A DNA stretch of 64,000 bases, from assembly GCA_965228895.1 (NCBI GenBank), contig OZ245842.1:3264001-3328000 (forward strand). The letters are read 5' to 3'. Below, piece by piece: positions 19,944 to 29,300 of the stretch (the first letter of the stretch is position 1; each line of letters begins with the position of its first letter). The notes beneath the pieces were generated by a model. The model was given only the letters and a program-made list of their open reading frames with translations. It ran no database searches and was not told the origin of the DNA. The DNA comes from Alphaproteobacteria bacterium. GTDB lineage: Bacteria > Pseudomonadota > Alphaproteobacteria > SP197. Position numbers and translations under genes: made by a program.

Positions 19944-20540
19944 TTACTCGGCGTCTTGGCGGGCGTTGATGACGGGTTTGATGTCGCGACGCAGACCTTG
20001 CACGGCCGACGGGTTGATCGGCCTGAGCGACGCTTCGACGAACCGCTCGAACTGGGTTTTCATACCCGCTTCGCGGCCATCCTTGCCTTTCTTGCTGCGC
20101 GTCGGCGCCTCGCCGGTCTCCGCAGCGAAAATGTCATAGAGATCGCCGACGAAGTCACGCCGCGCCTGCTGCGGATTGCTGCCGCGGTTCGGCAGAAAGT
20201 CGACCGCACCATCAGCCGATAACGCCAAGAGATCGAGATCGTCGGGACCGACCATACGCAGTTGCTGCGAGCTCATCGCATTCAAGCGGCGCAACTGCTT
20301 GGCCAGTTTGCTGGCAAGGCTTGCTATACGGCTGAACTGTTCCTGACGCTGCTTTTCGCCGTGGTTGCGATCGGCGATGATCGTCAGGCAATAGGCCATC
20401 GCGGCGTCCGTCAACAGGTCGACGGAACTTTCCGAAAGATAGGGTCTACCGAGAGTGCGTCCAATTCGTGTGAGGTCCAGGTCCGTATAGGGCCATGTCT
20501 CACTGGTACGCCATAACGGCAGGTCGGTTTCCTCGTTCAT
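19944..20540 (-). CDS. Hypothetical protein, first gene of putative tube operon
   Basis: 198-aa ORF on the same strand as the tube genes, 73 nt from the next gene; no family recognised. Confidence 0.6.
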   Translation of the reverse strand: MNEETDLPLWRTSETWPYTDLDLTRIGRTLGRPYLSESSVDLLTDAAMAYCLTIIADRNHGEKQRQEQFSRIASLASKLAKQLRRLNAMSSQQLRMVGPDDLDLLALSADGAVDFLPNRGSNPQQARRDFVGDLYDIFAAETGEAPTRSKKGKDGREAGMKTQFERFVEASLRPINPSAVQGLRRDIKPVINARQDAE

Positions 20541-20622
20541 TGGGTCAACAACCCGCCGGTTGCGATCGCATCATCTATCCTACGCAGGTCGACTTCGCGC
20601 AGGCTGTGATGGTCGTCGCCAA

Positions 20623-20637
20623 TTAAGGCTTTGTTAA
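20623..20637. promoter_or_regulatory. Putative CtrA-binding box
   Basis: Exact TTAA-ggctttg-TTAA (TTAA-N7-TTAA) about 80 nt upstream of ATG 20540. Confidence 0.55.
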
Positions 20638-20852
20638 ACTTAGACATCCTCGGGAACCATCTCACCGGACAACACAAACCACCGGATGACACGCTCGTCT
20701 CCCGCGGGCCCGCCAACGCGGCGGATCCATTAAGACTATCGATTTGACGGAACCGCCGCCACGGCACACAAGTGGTAATCCAGATTCCCATACGGCACGA
20801 AACCGTTGAGTCGCAAGGGTTAGCGGACGAGCCTTAAGCGAGGTGCGCGCAC

Positions 20853-20900
20853 CTATTGGGCGAGCTGGTCGTTAACCATTTTGATCGATGCTGGCTGGCG
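20853..20900 (+). repeat. Left copy of imperfect direct repeat
   Basis: ctattgggcgagctggtcgttaaccattttgatcgatgctggctggcg, aligns with 25991-26037. Confidence 0.6.
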
Positions 20901-21136
20901 AGCCCAGGGCCATCATCGTAGAGGGCGCAGAAGCACAGCCGATCTCCTCATCCAGACCAGGGCTGCTTGAGACAGGAAGGCAAGCGGATCCCGAGTTTTT
21001 TGTCACGGTCGCCAAGGTCGTATTGACCACAACCAAGCGTGACAAGAGCAGAAATTTTGCTACCGTAGATCCAAGTTGGCGCGACGATCGACATCACTGC
21101 CGAACCGTACTTTGAAGACATAGGGGAGGATTTTTG

Positions 21137-21685
21137 ATGGTGAAGTCTGCCTGTCTTGTTTCCCTGGTGATGTTTGGATTTGTCACGATAGCGCGGGCCG
21201 ATTCTCTCCCCGATCCGGAGGATGTATTGGCCGATGTCGGAGGCGACGCGGTCAAGATCGAGCAGTATCGCCAAGCGTTGCGCAGTCCTGATGCGAATGA
21301 GCGCTTGGCAGCCTTCGTTGCCATGGCTGGGGTCGACCACCCCGTTGTCAGACAGATTGCCTACGAAGAAGGGTTCGCCAGCAGCGATCTGCAGTTGCGG
21401 TCCCTGGCGCTACGTTACAGATTTTTCGATCGGGAAACATTCCGAGTCCGTTATCTCGACGGCAATTCGCAACCTGTACTGATAACGATTGTTGATCCCA
21501 ATTGGACCAACGGCGACTTTAAAGCATACAGAGGCGCGAGCAGGCCCGGCAAAGTCCAAGGTCTATCCGTCGAGTTTGAAACCGGCTGCACAGTCCTCCT
21601 AGAACTCAACGACGAAGATCGTCTTGTCGGCACGGAGATCTGCAACGAGACTCGGCGTGACGTTGAAGTCGACATTCGCGGCTAA
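21137..21685 (+). CDS. Exported hypothetical protein (HEAT-like helices then beta region)
   Basis: GGGGAGG RBS; signal peptide ending ARA; LRSPDANERLAA. Confidence 0.65.
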   Translation: MVKSACLVSLVMFGFVTIARADSLPDPEDVLADVGGDAVKIEQYRQALRSPDANERLAAFVAMAGVDHPVVRQIAYEEGFASSDLQLRSLALRYRFFDRETFRVRYLDGNSQPVLITIVDPNWTNGDFKAYRGASRPGKVQGLSVEFETGCTVLLELNDEDRLVGTEICNETRRDVEVDIRG

Positions 21686-21720
21686 GACAAGAACGTCGCC
21701 ATCGACTCATTTAACGCCCG

Positions 21721-22800
21721 TCAGGGGGCGATCACCACCTCGAGTCTGTTGAGTTCGACAAGTTCGCTGTCGTCTGACCATGTGTCGTAGACGACGATCT
21801 TAACTCGTCGTGCTCGTATCGGCGGTTCAAAGGTTACTTCGCGAGTCCCTGCGGTTGGCGACAAGGTAAAGCTTGTCACTGAAGACCACGACCTCTCGCC
21901 CTCCGAAGAAACTGTTCGGAACACCTCGACGGTTCGGGGGTGGGCAACCGCCTCACCTTCAAGCGTATGGAAAATAAACCCTGCGACGTTCGTAACTTCG
22001 TTATTCGGCATCTGAAGGACCAAATCGACCGGCCAGCTAATGGCCTTGGCGCGCCACTGACCCGCTTCGTCCAGCGGCGCGACAAGGTGATCGACTGTGT
22101 CATCGGGACTTAGCGGCAACGCTGACGTACGCTCAACCTGGATGCCGTCGGCACCGACGGTAGGCGCGCTGGGGACCTGCGGCGCTTCGCCACTATTCTC
22201 CCACTCCCAGCGCACGAGATAAATGGCCTTGTCGAACCGCAGCGCCTTGGGTGGCTCTCCTTCACCACCCAACTCCATCATGATACCGACAATCGTATTG
22301 CCCTGAACAATGGCCGAACCGCTGTGACCTTCACTGACCGCCCATTCACCGGTTTCGCGCAGATAGATGTATGAGCCGTCGGTATCGGTTATCTGTGCGG
22401 GTCTAAGCGATACGCTCCCGTCTTCAAACAGATAGCGCAGTTGCACCTCACCGCTGCCTTCAGCCAGCACGCCTGATAGTTGGTCGCCATCGGGAAGATC
22501 GTCACCGCAAGCACTCTCGATCGATCCATTGACGCCAAACAGGCTCAAATCAAATCCTAGATCTCGTATTTCCCAGGCCTGCCCCGTTGTCAGTTCACCG
22601 CCATCGCCAACAAGGGAACCGAATCCGTTCGAACCCTCGATCAAGTGCGTTGGCGCCAAGGCAAAACACGCCCCGCCACGCTTGAACAGAATTGCCTGCC
22701 CTTCCTTTGAACCGGCACTTAGGTAAGCCTGAGACGCCGAGACATCATTTGGCAGAACCCCGGCACATGTTAGCGCCACGACTGCCAATGCGAGGCGCAT
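21721..22800 (-). CDS. Secreted trypsin-like serine protease with C-terminal discoidin/galactose-binding-like domain
   Basis: Signal MRLALAVVALTCAG; candidate triad APTHLI / FDLSL / GHSGSAI; C-term TFEPPIRARRVKIVV..W..VELNRLEV. Confidence 0.6.
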   Translation of the reverse strand: MRLALAVVALTCAGVLPNDVSASQAYLSAGSKEGQAILFKRGGACFALAPTHLIEGSNGFGSLVGDGGELTTGQAWEIRDLGFDLSLFGVNGSIESACGDDLPDGDQLSGVLAEGSGEVQLRYLFEDGSVSLRPAQITDTDGSYIYLRETGEWAVSEGHSGSAIVQGNTIVGIMMELGGEGEPPKALRFDKAIYLVRWEWENSGEAPQVPSAPTVGADGIQVERTSALPLSPDDTVDHLVAPLDEAGQWRAKAISWPVDLVLQMPNNEVTNVAGFIFHTLEGEAVAHPRTVEVFRTVSSEGERSWSSVTSFTLSPTAGTREVTFEPPIRARRVKIVVYDTWSDDSELVELNRLEVVIAP

Positions 22801-22924
22801 GACCTGTTTTGGAAGCGGGCTCACTAGGCCGACTCCTGGGAGATATCGACCATATGATAAGTCCTTCACCGGCTGGCCGGCACCGAAATCCGATACGGAC
22901 TCAGATGTCGGAGTGGTTTTTTTG

Positions 22925-23998
22925 TCATCTCTTCGCCGCATCAGCACCTTTCGCACCAGCTGGCTCACTGCCCGTACCAGGCCGGTCATCATCGGCCCGA
23001 CGACTATCTCGCCAATCATGCGCGTCTCTCTTCTCAATTGGCCCGACAACGAGGGCAACGACTGCCGCCAAGCAACCGAGCCAGGAGACAAATGCTAGAA
23101 CGGCGGTCGAGAACGGATTGCCAAGCATCTGCGCTGTCCAGGTAACTTGAAACGGGAAGCGTGTCCCCATGCGCTCAACAATGAGCCTGTCGGAGCACAA
23201 GACGTAGACGACAACCCGCAATCCTTCGAGCTCGGGCGTTTCGAAGCGGAAGAATCCTTGGATTGGATTAGTTTCCTGTTTCTCGATGCCCTCACCATCT
23301 CCATCCGCGGCAGGGCACCTGGCAACATTGTCACCGGACAAAATGACGTTAACCACGTCTCCTGCGATCAAGTCTGTGGAATCGACAAGGAATCGACCAA
23401 CCAGCCCTTTCTGATAAGCCGACATATCGCCACCAATCAGGACGCCTTCGATCCCGGGATCTGGAATCTGCCCTAGGTGGACCCAACCGGATGGATTCAG
23501 GTCAAATCCAATCGTGTGATCCAGGGGTTCGAAAGCCCTTAGAACCCAAGACCGGCGTTCGCCGTCTTGGTGGGATCGGATAACGCCGCTTACGACGACC
23601 TCAAGCGCGCCTTGATTCAAGCGGCGCACAAAAGCCAGCGATTCCGGAGCAACATCAAGCGCGGCTCCTTGCGGAACACGCAACAGTCTCTCCTGCGCGC
23701 CACACGGAGTTTCAGGCGTCGGCACCAAAGTCGAAGCGACCTCTGCGTTCTCGCGGTCGTAGCAAACCGCAAACCCATCGAGAACGATTGATGAGTCAGC
23801 GTCAAAGCCGTTGATTTCCAGGTATTCAGTTTGAGCATTGACGACGAAGAATGCAGGCTTTCCTGGGAACGCACTGATGAAAACAAACACACCGGCGACC
23901 AGAACACAGCCGGCGAGCAGAACGATCATGACAAGCTGCAGTGGACTTCGTTCAAGCCGCAATCGCGCCCACGTCTCAGTCAGCCATCGTATCAGCAT
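22925..23998 (-). CDS. Hypothetical membrane protein (N- and C-terminal TM, beta-rich core)
   Basis: Long ORF with two hydrophobic segments, 8 nt after upstream stop. Confidence 0.6.
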   Translation of the reverse strand: MLIRWLTETWARLRLERSPLQLVMIVLLAGCVLVAGVFVFISAFPGKPAFFVVNAQTEYLEINGFDADSSIVLDGFAVCYDRENAEVASTLVPTPETPCGAQERLLRVPQGAALDVAPESLAFVRRLNQGALEVVVSGVIRSHQDGERRSWVLRAFEPLDHTIGFDLNPSGWVHLGQIPDPGIEGVLIGGDMSAYQKGLVGRFLVDSTDLIAGDVVNVILSGDNVARCPAADGDGEGIEKQETNPIQGFFRFETPELEGLRVVVYVLCSDRLIVERMGTRFPFQVTWTAQMLGNPFSTAVLAFVSWLGCLAAVVALVVGPIEKRDAHDWRDSRRADDDRPGTGSEPAGAKGADAAKR

Positions 23999-24006
23999 GG
24001 TTTGCT

Positions 24007-24780
24007 CTACTCGGAACCGCGTAGGCTGATCGTGAACGGCTTCGGTGGCTTTGCACTCCCAAACTGTTTGCGAATGACGATACCATCGATGCGGTCGACG
24101 TCTGGGAGTCGACCGCTCAAGTCCACGTTACACACGAAATCGTAGCCCAGCCTCCTGGGGTCTTCGACTTTTGTGCAATCGGATTGTCCGATATTAGCTC
24201 CATTCGCGGACAGCGAAACAGCCGCTGCGCTTGTCTTGGCATTCACCAAAACAACAATTGAATCGGGATCGCGTTCCGCGAAGCTTCCCCATGATGCGAG
24301 AAGAAAGGCCGCGCTGTCGCTATCGCAGTCTTCTTCGACGACGCTTACGGCAACGTCGCTCGGATCAAGAGCCCTGATGTCCTCGGAGTCCGACGATGCT
24401 GCAGCCCAGTTAAGCCTTACAGGATCCGCCACGTCGGCCCCGAGTTGGATTATCGTCGACGCATCGTACTCGCCACTTCGCGACACCACCTCGATGCAAA
24501 GCTGTGCGGACTCCTGCCGTGGTCCCGACAAGATCGTCAAGAGCAAGTCATCCTCAACTGACTGAGACCATTCCGCCATCACGCCGACAACGATTTCGCC
24601 AGCCACCGGCCACACCGGATCAAAATTCTCTTCTATTCCAAACTCACCGTTAACAAGCTGATCGTTGTTAACGAGATTGACCTCGTCAGCGTCGGCGTTG
24701 ACAGATTCCAACGGCAGAGCGACGGCCACCGCAAAAAGTACAATCCTCGCTGAAACTGGAGACAGAACATTCCGACGCAT
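24007..24780 (-). CDS. Exported hypothetical protein
   Basis: GGAGGA RBS; signal peptide ending VNA; acidic, four Cys. Confidence 0.6.
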   Translation of the reverse strand: MRRNVLSPVSARIVLFAVAVALPLESVNADADEVNLVNNDQLVNGEFGIEENFDPVWPVAGEIVVGVMAEWSQSVEDDLLLTILSGPRQESAQLCIEVVSRSGEYDASTIIQLGADVADPVRLNWAAASSDSEDIRALDPSDVAVSVVEEDCDSDSAAFLLASWGSFAERDPDSIVVLVNAKTSAAAVSLSANGANIGQSDCTKVEDPRRLGYDFVCNVDLSGRLPDVDRIDGIVIRKQFGSAKPPKPFTISLRGSE

Positions 24781-24981
24781 AGTAGGTCCTCCCCCAAGCA
24801 TCCGTCGGTCTGCGGGAATGGTACCGCATCAGATACAGAAGACCAAAGGTTGGGCGTTTCGTAGGCCAGATATCTGAGTAACGACCTCATTCGGCAGGGT
24901 TCGCCGATTTCCAGCGACGTCCACAAATACGTCCGATAGTGTTTTATGCCTAATCGGAGGCCATCGCGGGCGGGCGCGGCA

Positions 24982-26013
24982 ATGTCCAAACCGATAGTAA
25001 TCCTAGCGATCGACGGAGGTGGTGTCCGGGGCCTCATCCCTGCGCTGTTGCTTAAGGCATTGGATGTCGAGATCGCGGCAAATGCGGGCACCGCGCAGGT
25101 CGGCGCGAAACCTCTCGGCCGCTACTTCGACCTTATTGCGGGAACATCGACCGGCGCTTTGATCGCCGTCGGCCTCAGTTTCGCGAAGAGCCGACAATCG
25201 GACATTCCTCTCGCGACACCCGAAGAACTGGTTGAATTTTACCGAGAACGTTCAGCACACGCCTTTCGCCGCATTCGCTTTCAGAAAGTGCGGCGCCTCT
25301 GGCGTAGTGAATACAACTACGAACCGTTCGCGTCGGTGCTCGAGGATATTGTCGGTGAACGACGATTGTCCGAAACCGCAACGCCGGTCATTCTTCCTGC
25401 CTACGATGTCCACAACCGCTACGTCCGCTATTTCAACAGCGCCACCGCCGCGACGAGCGAAACAGAAGATTACTACCTGCGCGATGTCCTAAGGGCGACG
25501 ACGGCAGCACCTGTCTATTTCCCCCCGGCACGAATCTCGGCCATTGGCGGAAAGAATGAAGAAGTTTTTGTTGATGGCGGTCTGTTTGCCAACAACCCAT
25601 CGTTATGCGCCTCGACAGAAGCACTGCGCCTGTTCGGCTTTGACCGTCCGCTCATCGTCGTGTCCATGGGTACCGGCCAAGCGAACCAACGATACCCGTT
25701 GCACCGGCTGGAATCATGGGGCGCCTTCAAGTGGCTTGACCCGCGCATGAGAATGCCGCTGATCGATGTCATGATGGACGGACAGATCGACGCGACCCAC
25801 CATCACCTGGACCAAGTCCTCACTGCCGATGAAACATACTTTCGATTTGATCCAGCGCTCGATCCAGGCTTGGCCGCACTCGATGATGCCTCATCAGCGG
25901 TTCTTGAAAAACTCGACGAATTGGCACAGACCTATATCGAGACCCAAAAGGGTCGACTGGAGAGACTGGCCCGCCTGCTTGTCGAACATTCTATTGACCG
26001 CCCTGATCGTTAA
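24982..26013 (+). CDS. Patatin-like phospholipase
   Basis: DGGGVRG, GTSTG nucleophile, AAPVYF, DGG.FANNP. Confidence 0.9.
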   Translation: MSKPIVILAIDGGGVRGLIPALLLKALDVEIAANAGTAQVGAKPLGRYFDLIAGTSTGALIAVGLSFAKSRQSDIPLATPEELVEFYRERSAHAFRRIRFQKVRRLWRSEYNYEPFASVLEDIVGERRLSETATPVILPAYDVHNRYVRYFNSATAATSETEDYYLRDVLRATTAAPVYFPPARISAIGGKNEEVFVDGGLFANNPSLCASTEALRLFGFDRPLIVVSMGTGQANQRYPLHRLESWGAFKWLDPRMRMPLIDVMMDGQIDATHHHLDQVLTADETYFRFDPALDPGLAALDDASSAVLEKLDELAQTYIETQKGRLERLARLLVEHSIDRPDR

Positions 26014-26037
26014 CCATTTGATCGGTGCCGGATGGCG
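25991..26037 (+). repeat. Right copy of imperfect direct repeat (overlaps patatin stop)
   Basis: ctattgaccgccctgatcgttaaccatttgatcggtgccggatggcg. Confidence 0.6.
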
Positions 26038-26053
26038 CTGTGTGACGGCGACA

Positions 26054-26146
26054 CTGTGGGCGGGGCATATCAAGGTCCATGGCGCGCATGATGGCACCGC
26101 CGCGCATGCCTCCGTTCACAACCATCATCATTCTCACGTGCCTTGA
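26054..26146 (+). pseudogene. 3' remnant of a paralog of the His-rich exported protein at 30231
   Basis: LWAGHIKVHGAHDGTAAHASVHNHHHSHVP* versus LAAGHVSVHGAHEATNAHVSVHNYHHSHAP*; no matching 5' part. Confidence 0.7.
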
Positions 26147-26214
26147 TCCTCTTCTCACAGGCCGACGTCTGGTTCGTTCGGCCTAGTCCTTCGTGCTTGG
26201 AATGATGTGCTTTC

Positions 26215-26257
26215 GACCGCCCCGAAGGGTTGCAACCTCCGGGGCGGTCCTTCGTTC
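26215..26257 (+). terminator. Stem-loop, likely intrinsic terminator
   Basis: gaccgccccg-aagggttgcaacctc-cggggcggtc followed by cttcgttc. Confidence 0.5.
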
Positions 26258-26388
26258 GCCGTCGTCGCTCGGCCGTGTTAGCGCAACGGTGGCAGTGGCG
26301 GCGGACGCATGGTCAACCTGATTGTTCGCGCCAGGAACGACTTCCCGCAACGCGCGGCTTAGGATTTGTGAGCCTGCTGGATGCGCTG

Positions 26389-29300
26389 TTAACCCAACGT
26401 GTCCAGCAGCGCTTTCGCCTCGATCAGATCCGGCGTCTCGAAACCTTCGGTAAACCAGCCGTAGATTGGGGCCAGTAGATCGCGGGCCTCATCTTTCTTT
26501 CCCTGGTCCCGCAGCAGACCGGCAAGACCGGTGGCGGCGCGCAACTCTATCGCTTTGGACTCTCGCGAACGCGCTATTTCAATTGCACGTTCGAACGAAG
26601 ATCGTGCCGCATCCGCGTCGGGCTCGTGGCCGGCCAGCATAAGCCAGCCAGCCAACCGGTGCAGCTCGGCCTCGATGGGAAGATCGTTGTCTTTCTCAAA
26701 GTAAGCAAAGGCTGCGGCCATGGCGGTTTTGGACTCTTCCGGTTGGCCAGCGAGCATGTGGGCCTCGGCCTTGAGAGCATGCAGATGCGCGAACCATCGT
26801 TGACTTTTGATGGTCGAAAGTTCCGCGATACCAACATCTATTTCGGACAGCCCATCATCGAAGTCGCCCTGGTGCGCCAAACCCCAACCCAGGAAAACCC
26901 GAGCATAATTGTACCACAGCGGTGTCGCGAGTTCGGTGCAAACGGGAAGTGCACGACGCGCTGCCGCCACGGTCTCGGGGATCCTGCGCATCAAAACGTT
27001 GGTGATGACGCCACCCCAACCCATCGCATAACCGGTTGTGTTACCGTGATCGCGTTCCAGCGCCCAAGCCACTGTCGCGTCCATAGCGTCGATTGCCTGA
27101 TCGGCGTAGCCGAGATAGTAGAGCGACCAGCTCCGGTACATGTTCGCGGCGACCAGCGCATCGTGGCCGTAGCGCAGGGCAAGATCCCTATGGGTCACAG
27201 GATCGTAGTTCTCGACTATCTCGTCAGCACATGCGAGGACGTCTCGAAAGCGCGCGCTGTTGAGCCGCTCCAACGCCTCGACACGCAACGCCACAAGCCT
27301 GGCGTTTTGGTCATTGGCGGCTTCGGTCAGCGCCAGCAGTCGCTCGGCATGCGCGGGCGCTGCGATCGAACGAATGAAAAGCCCGGACCATTGCCCATAG
27401 ATAGCGGCGTACTGCAGCGTCTTGTCATTGAGTTCGTCGCCAAGCGTTTCGGCCAGTTCCGTCGCGGCAACGAATGTCGCCACCGTATCTCCTGCACCAT
27501 AACCATGAGCCGCGATGAGCGCCTGACCGAGGTTGATCAAAAGACGCAGCTCGCGCTCCCTGTTTCCATCATCCGCGGGCATTTGGCGCAGCAGGCGCAG
27601 TGCGTTTTCGAAATGACTAATGGCTTCGCGGTAGGCTGGGCGTGCGACGGCGGCATCGCCGGCGCGCGTCCAATTGTCGATCGCTTTCTCGGTGTCGCCA
27701 GCCTCTTCAGCGTGGTGCGCCAGTATCTCGGGCTGCGCGTCTTCTCGTGCCTCGAGCGCGCTGAGCAGATCCGCGTGGATCGCTTGGCGCCGGCTCTTCA
27801 AGAGACTTTCATAGGCCGCATCGCGCACCAGCGCGTGTTTGAACAGATAGTCCGCCTCAGGCGGCGTACCGCGCCGGAAGACCAGCTCCGCTTCGACTAG
27901 ACCATCCAGCGCCGCCGTCAACGCCTCATCTGACTGCTCGGCAACGGCTGCCAGTGTGCGGTAATCGAAGGCGCGCCCAATGACCGACGCCATCTGCGCG
28001 ACTTCTTTGACGGGCCGCAGGCGATCCAAGCGCGCCATCAGACTGTCATGCAACGTTGCCGGTATCGTGAGCGCGCTCAAGGGGCCAGCCAGTACATAGG
28101 CGCCGTCTTCCTCGCGCAAGGCATCGGACTCCAGGACCGCCTTGGCGATTTCTTCCACGAATAGCGGCACTCCGTCGGTCTTGGACGAAATCTCATCCAA
28201 CACCGCATCAGGCAGCGGCTTGCCGCCGCTGACCCGTGTCGCGATGTCAGCCACCTGGGATCGGCCCAGCCGGTTCAGCATCAGCCGCGTCACAACCGGG
28301 TGGCCGCCAAAACCGTGTTCGAACGTCGGGCGCGCGGTGATCAGGACCAGAACTTGTGATCGCGCGACCGTATCAAGCGCCAGTTCGACCAATTCCAGGG
28401 TCGTCGGGTCGATCCAGTGCGCGTCCTCGATCACGAACAGTACCGGGCGCGCTTTAGCCAGCCCGACCAACTGATCGATCAGGGCCTGCAGCATGCGCGC
28501 GCGCAACTGCTGGGGGCTGAGCCCCAACGCGCCGTAACGTTTCTCGCCATCGAGCCCCAGAAGCGGGGCAAGCAGGGGAACCTGTGCGCCCACATCCGCT
28601 GTGCCCTGTGCCAACAGTGCTTCCAGCTTATCGAGCCGCAACGTCTCGTCGTCACCCGTCTCGAACCCCGCCGCCAGACTCAACTGCTGGATCGTCGGAT
28701 AGAGTGCGCTGTCCGTATGATAGGGCGAGCATTGGTACCGCACTGACGTGTGGTCGTGGTCACGCAGGTCGTCGAACAAAGCTTCGGTGATGCGCGACTT
28801 ACCGATGCCCGCCTCACCGGTCAGCAGAACCATCTGGCCTTCACCGGCGTTGGCCTGGCCCCATCGTTCCATGAGCAACGCCAGTTCCTGGTCGCGCCCG
28901 ACAATCGCGCCCTTGGTCGCCGAGCCGCGCGCCGCGAACCGGCTCTCCAAGGTTCGTTCGCCCAAGACCGCGTAGGCCAGTACGGGCTCGTCCAACCCTT
29001 TCACCGCATGGCGGCCCAGCTCGTCCAGTTCGAACAACCCGCCCAGTAACTCGCTGGTCGCCTCCGCCACAACGATCCGGCCGGGCTCGGCAAGCCCTTG
29101 CAGGCGCGCGGCCAGGTTCGGCGTGTCGCCCACGACCGTTTCCTCGCGTGCCGATCCCTCGCCGATCAAGTCGCCGACTACCACAAGCCCGGTTGCGATG
29201 CCGATCCGCGCCGCCAGCGGCGTGCCGTCCGGCGCACGCAGACCCGCGATTGCGTTCATCACCGCCAGCCCGGCGCGAACCGCCCGTTCGGCCTCGTTCT

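Noticed and set aside
22801-23091. Long N-terminal extension of the protease ORF
   Set aside because: Overlaps the upstream gene; the signal peptide begins at ATG 22800. Similar over-extended starts were trimmed for several other ORFs.
18459-26013. Complete eCIS, tailocin or prophage
   Set aside because: No sheath, baseplate, spike, capsid, terminase, lysis or integrase gene recognisable in the window.
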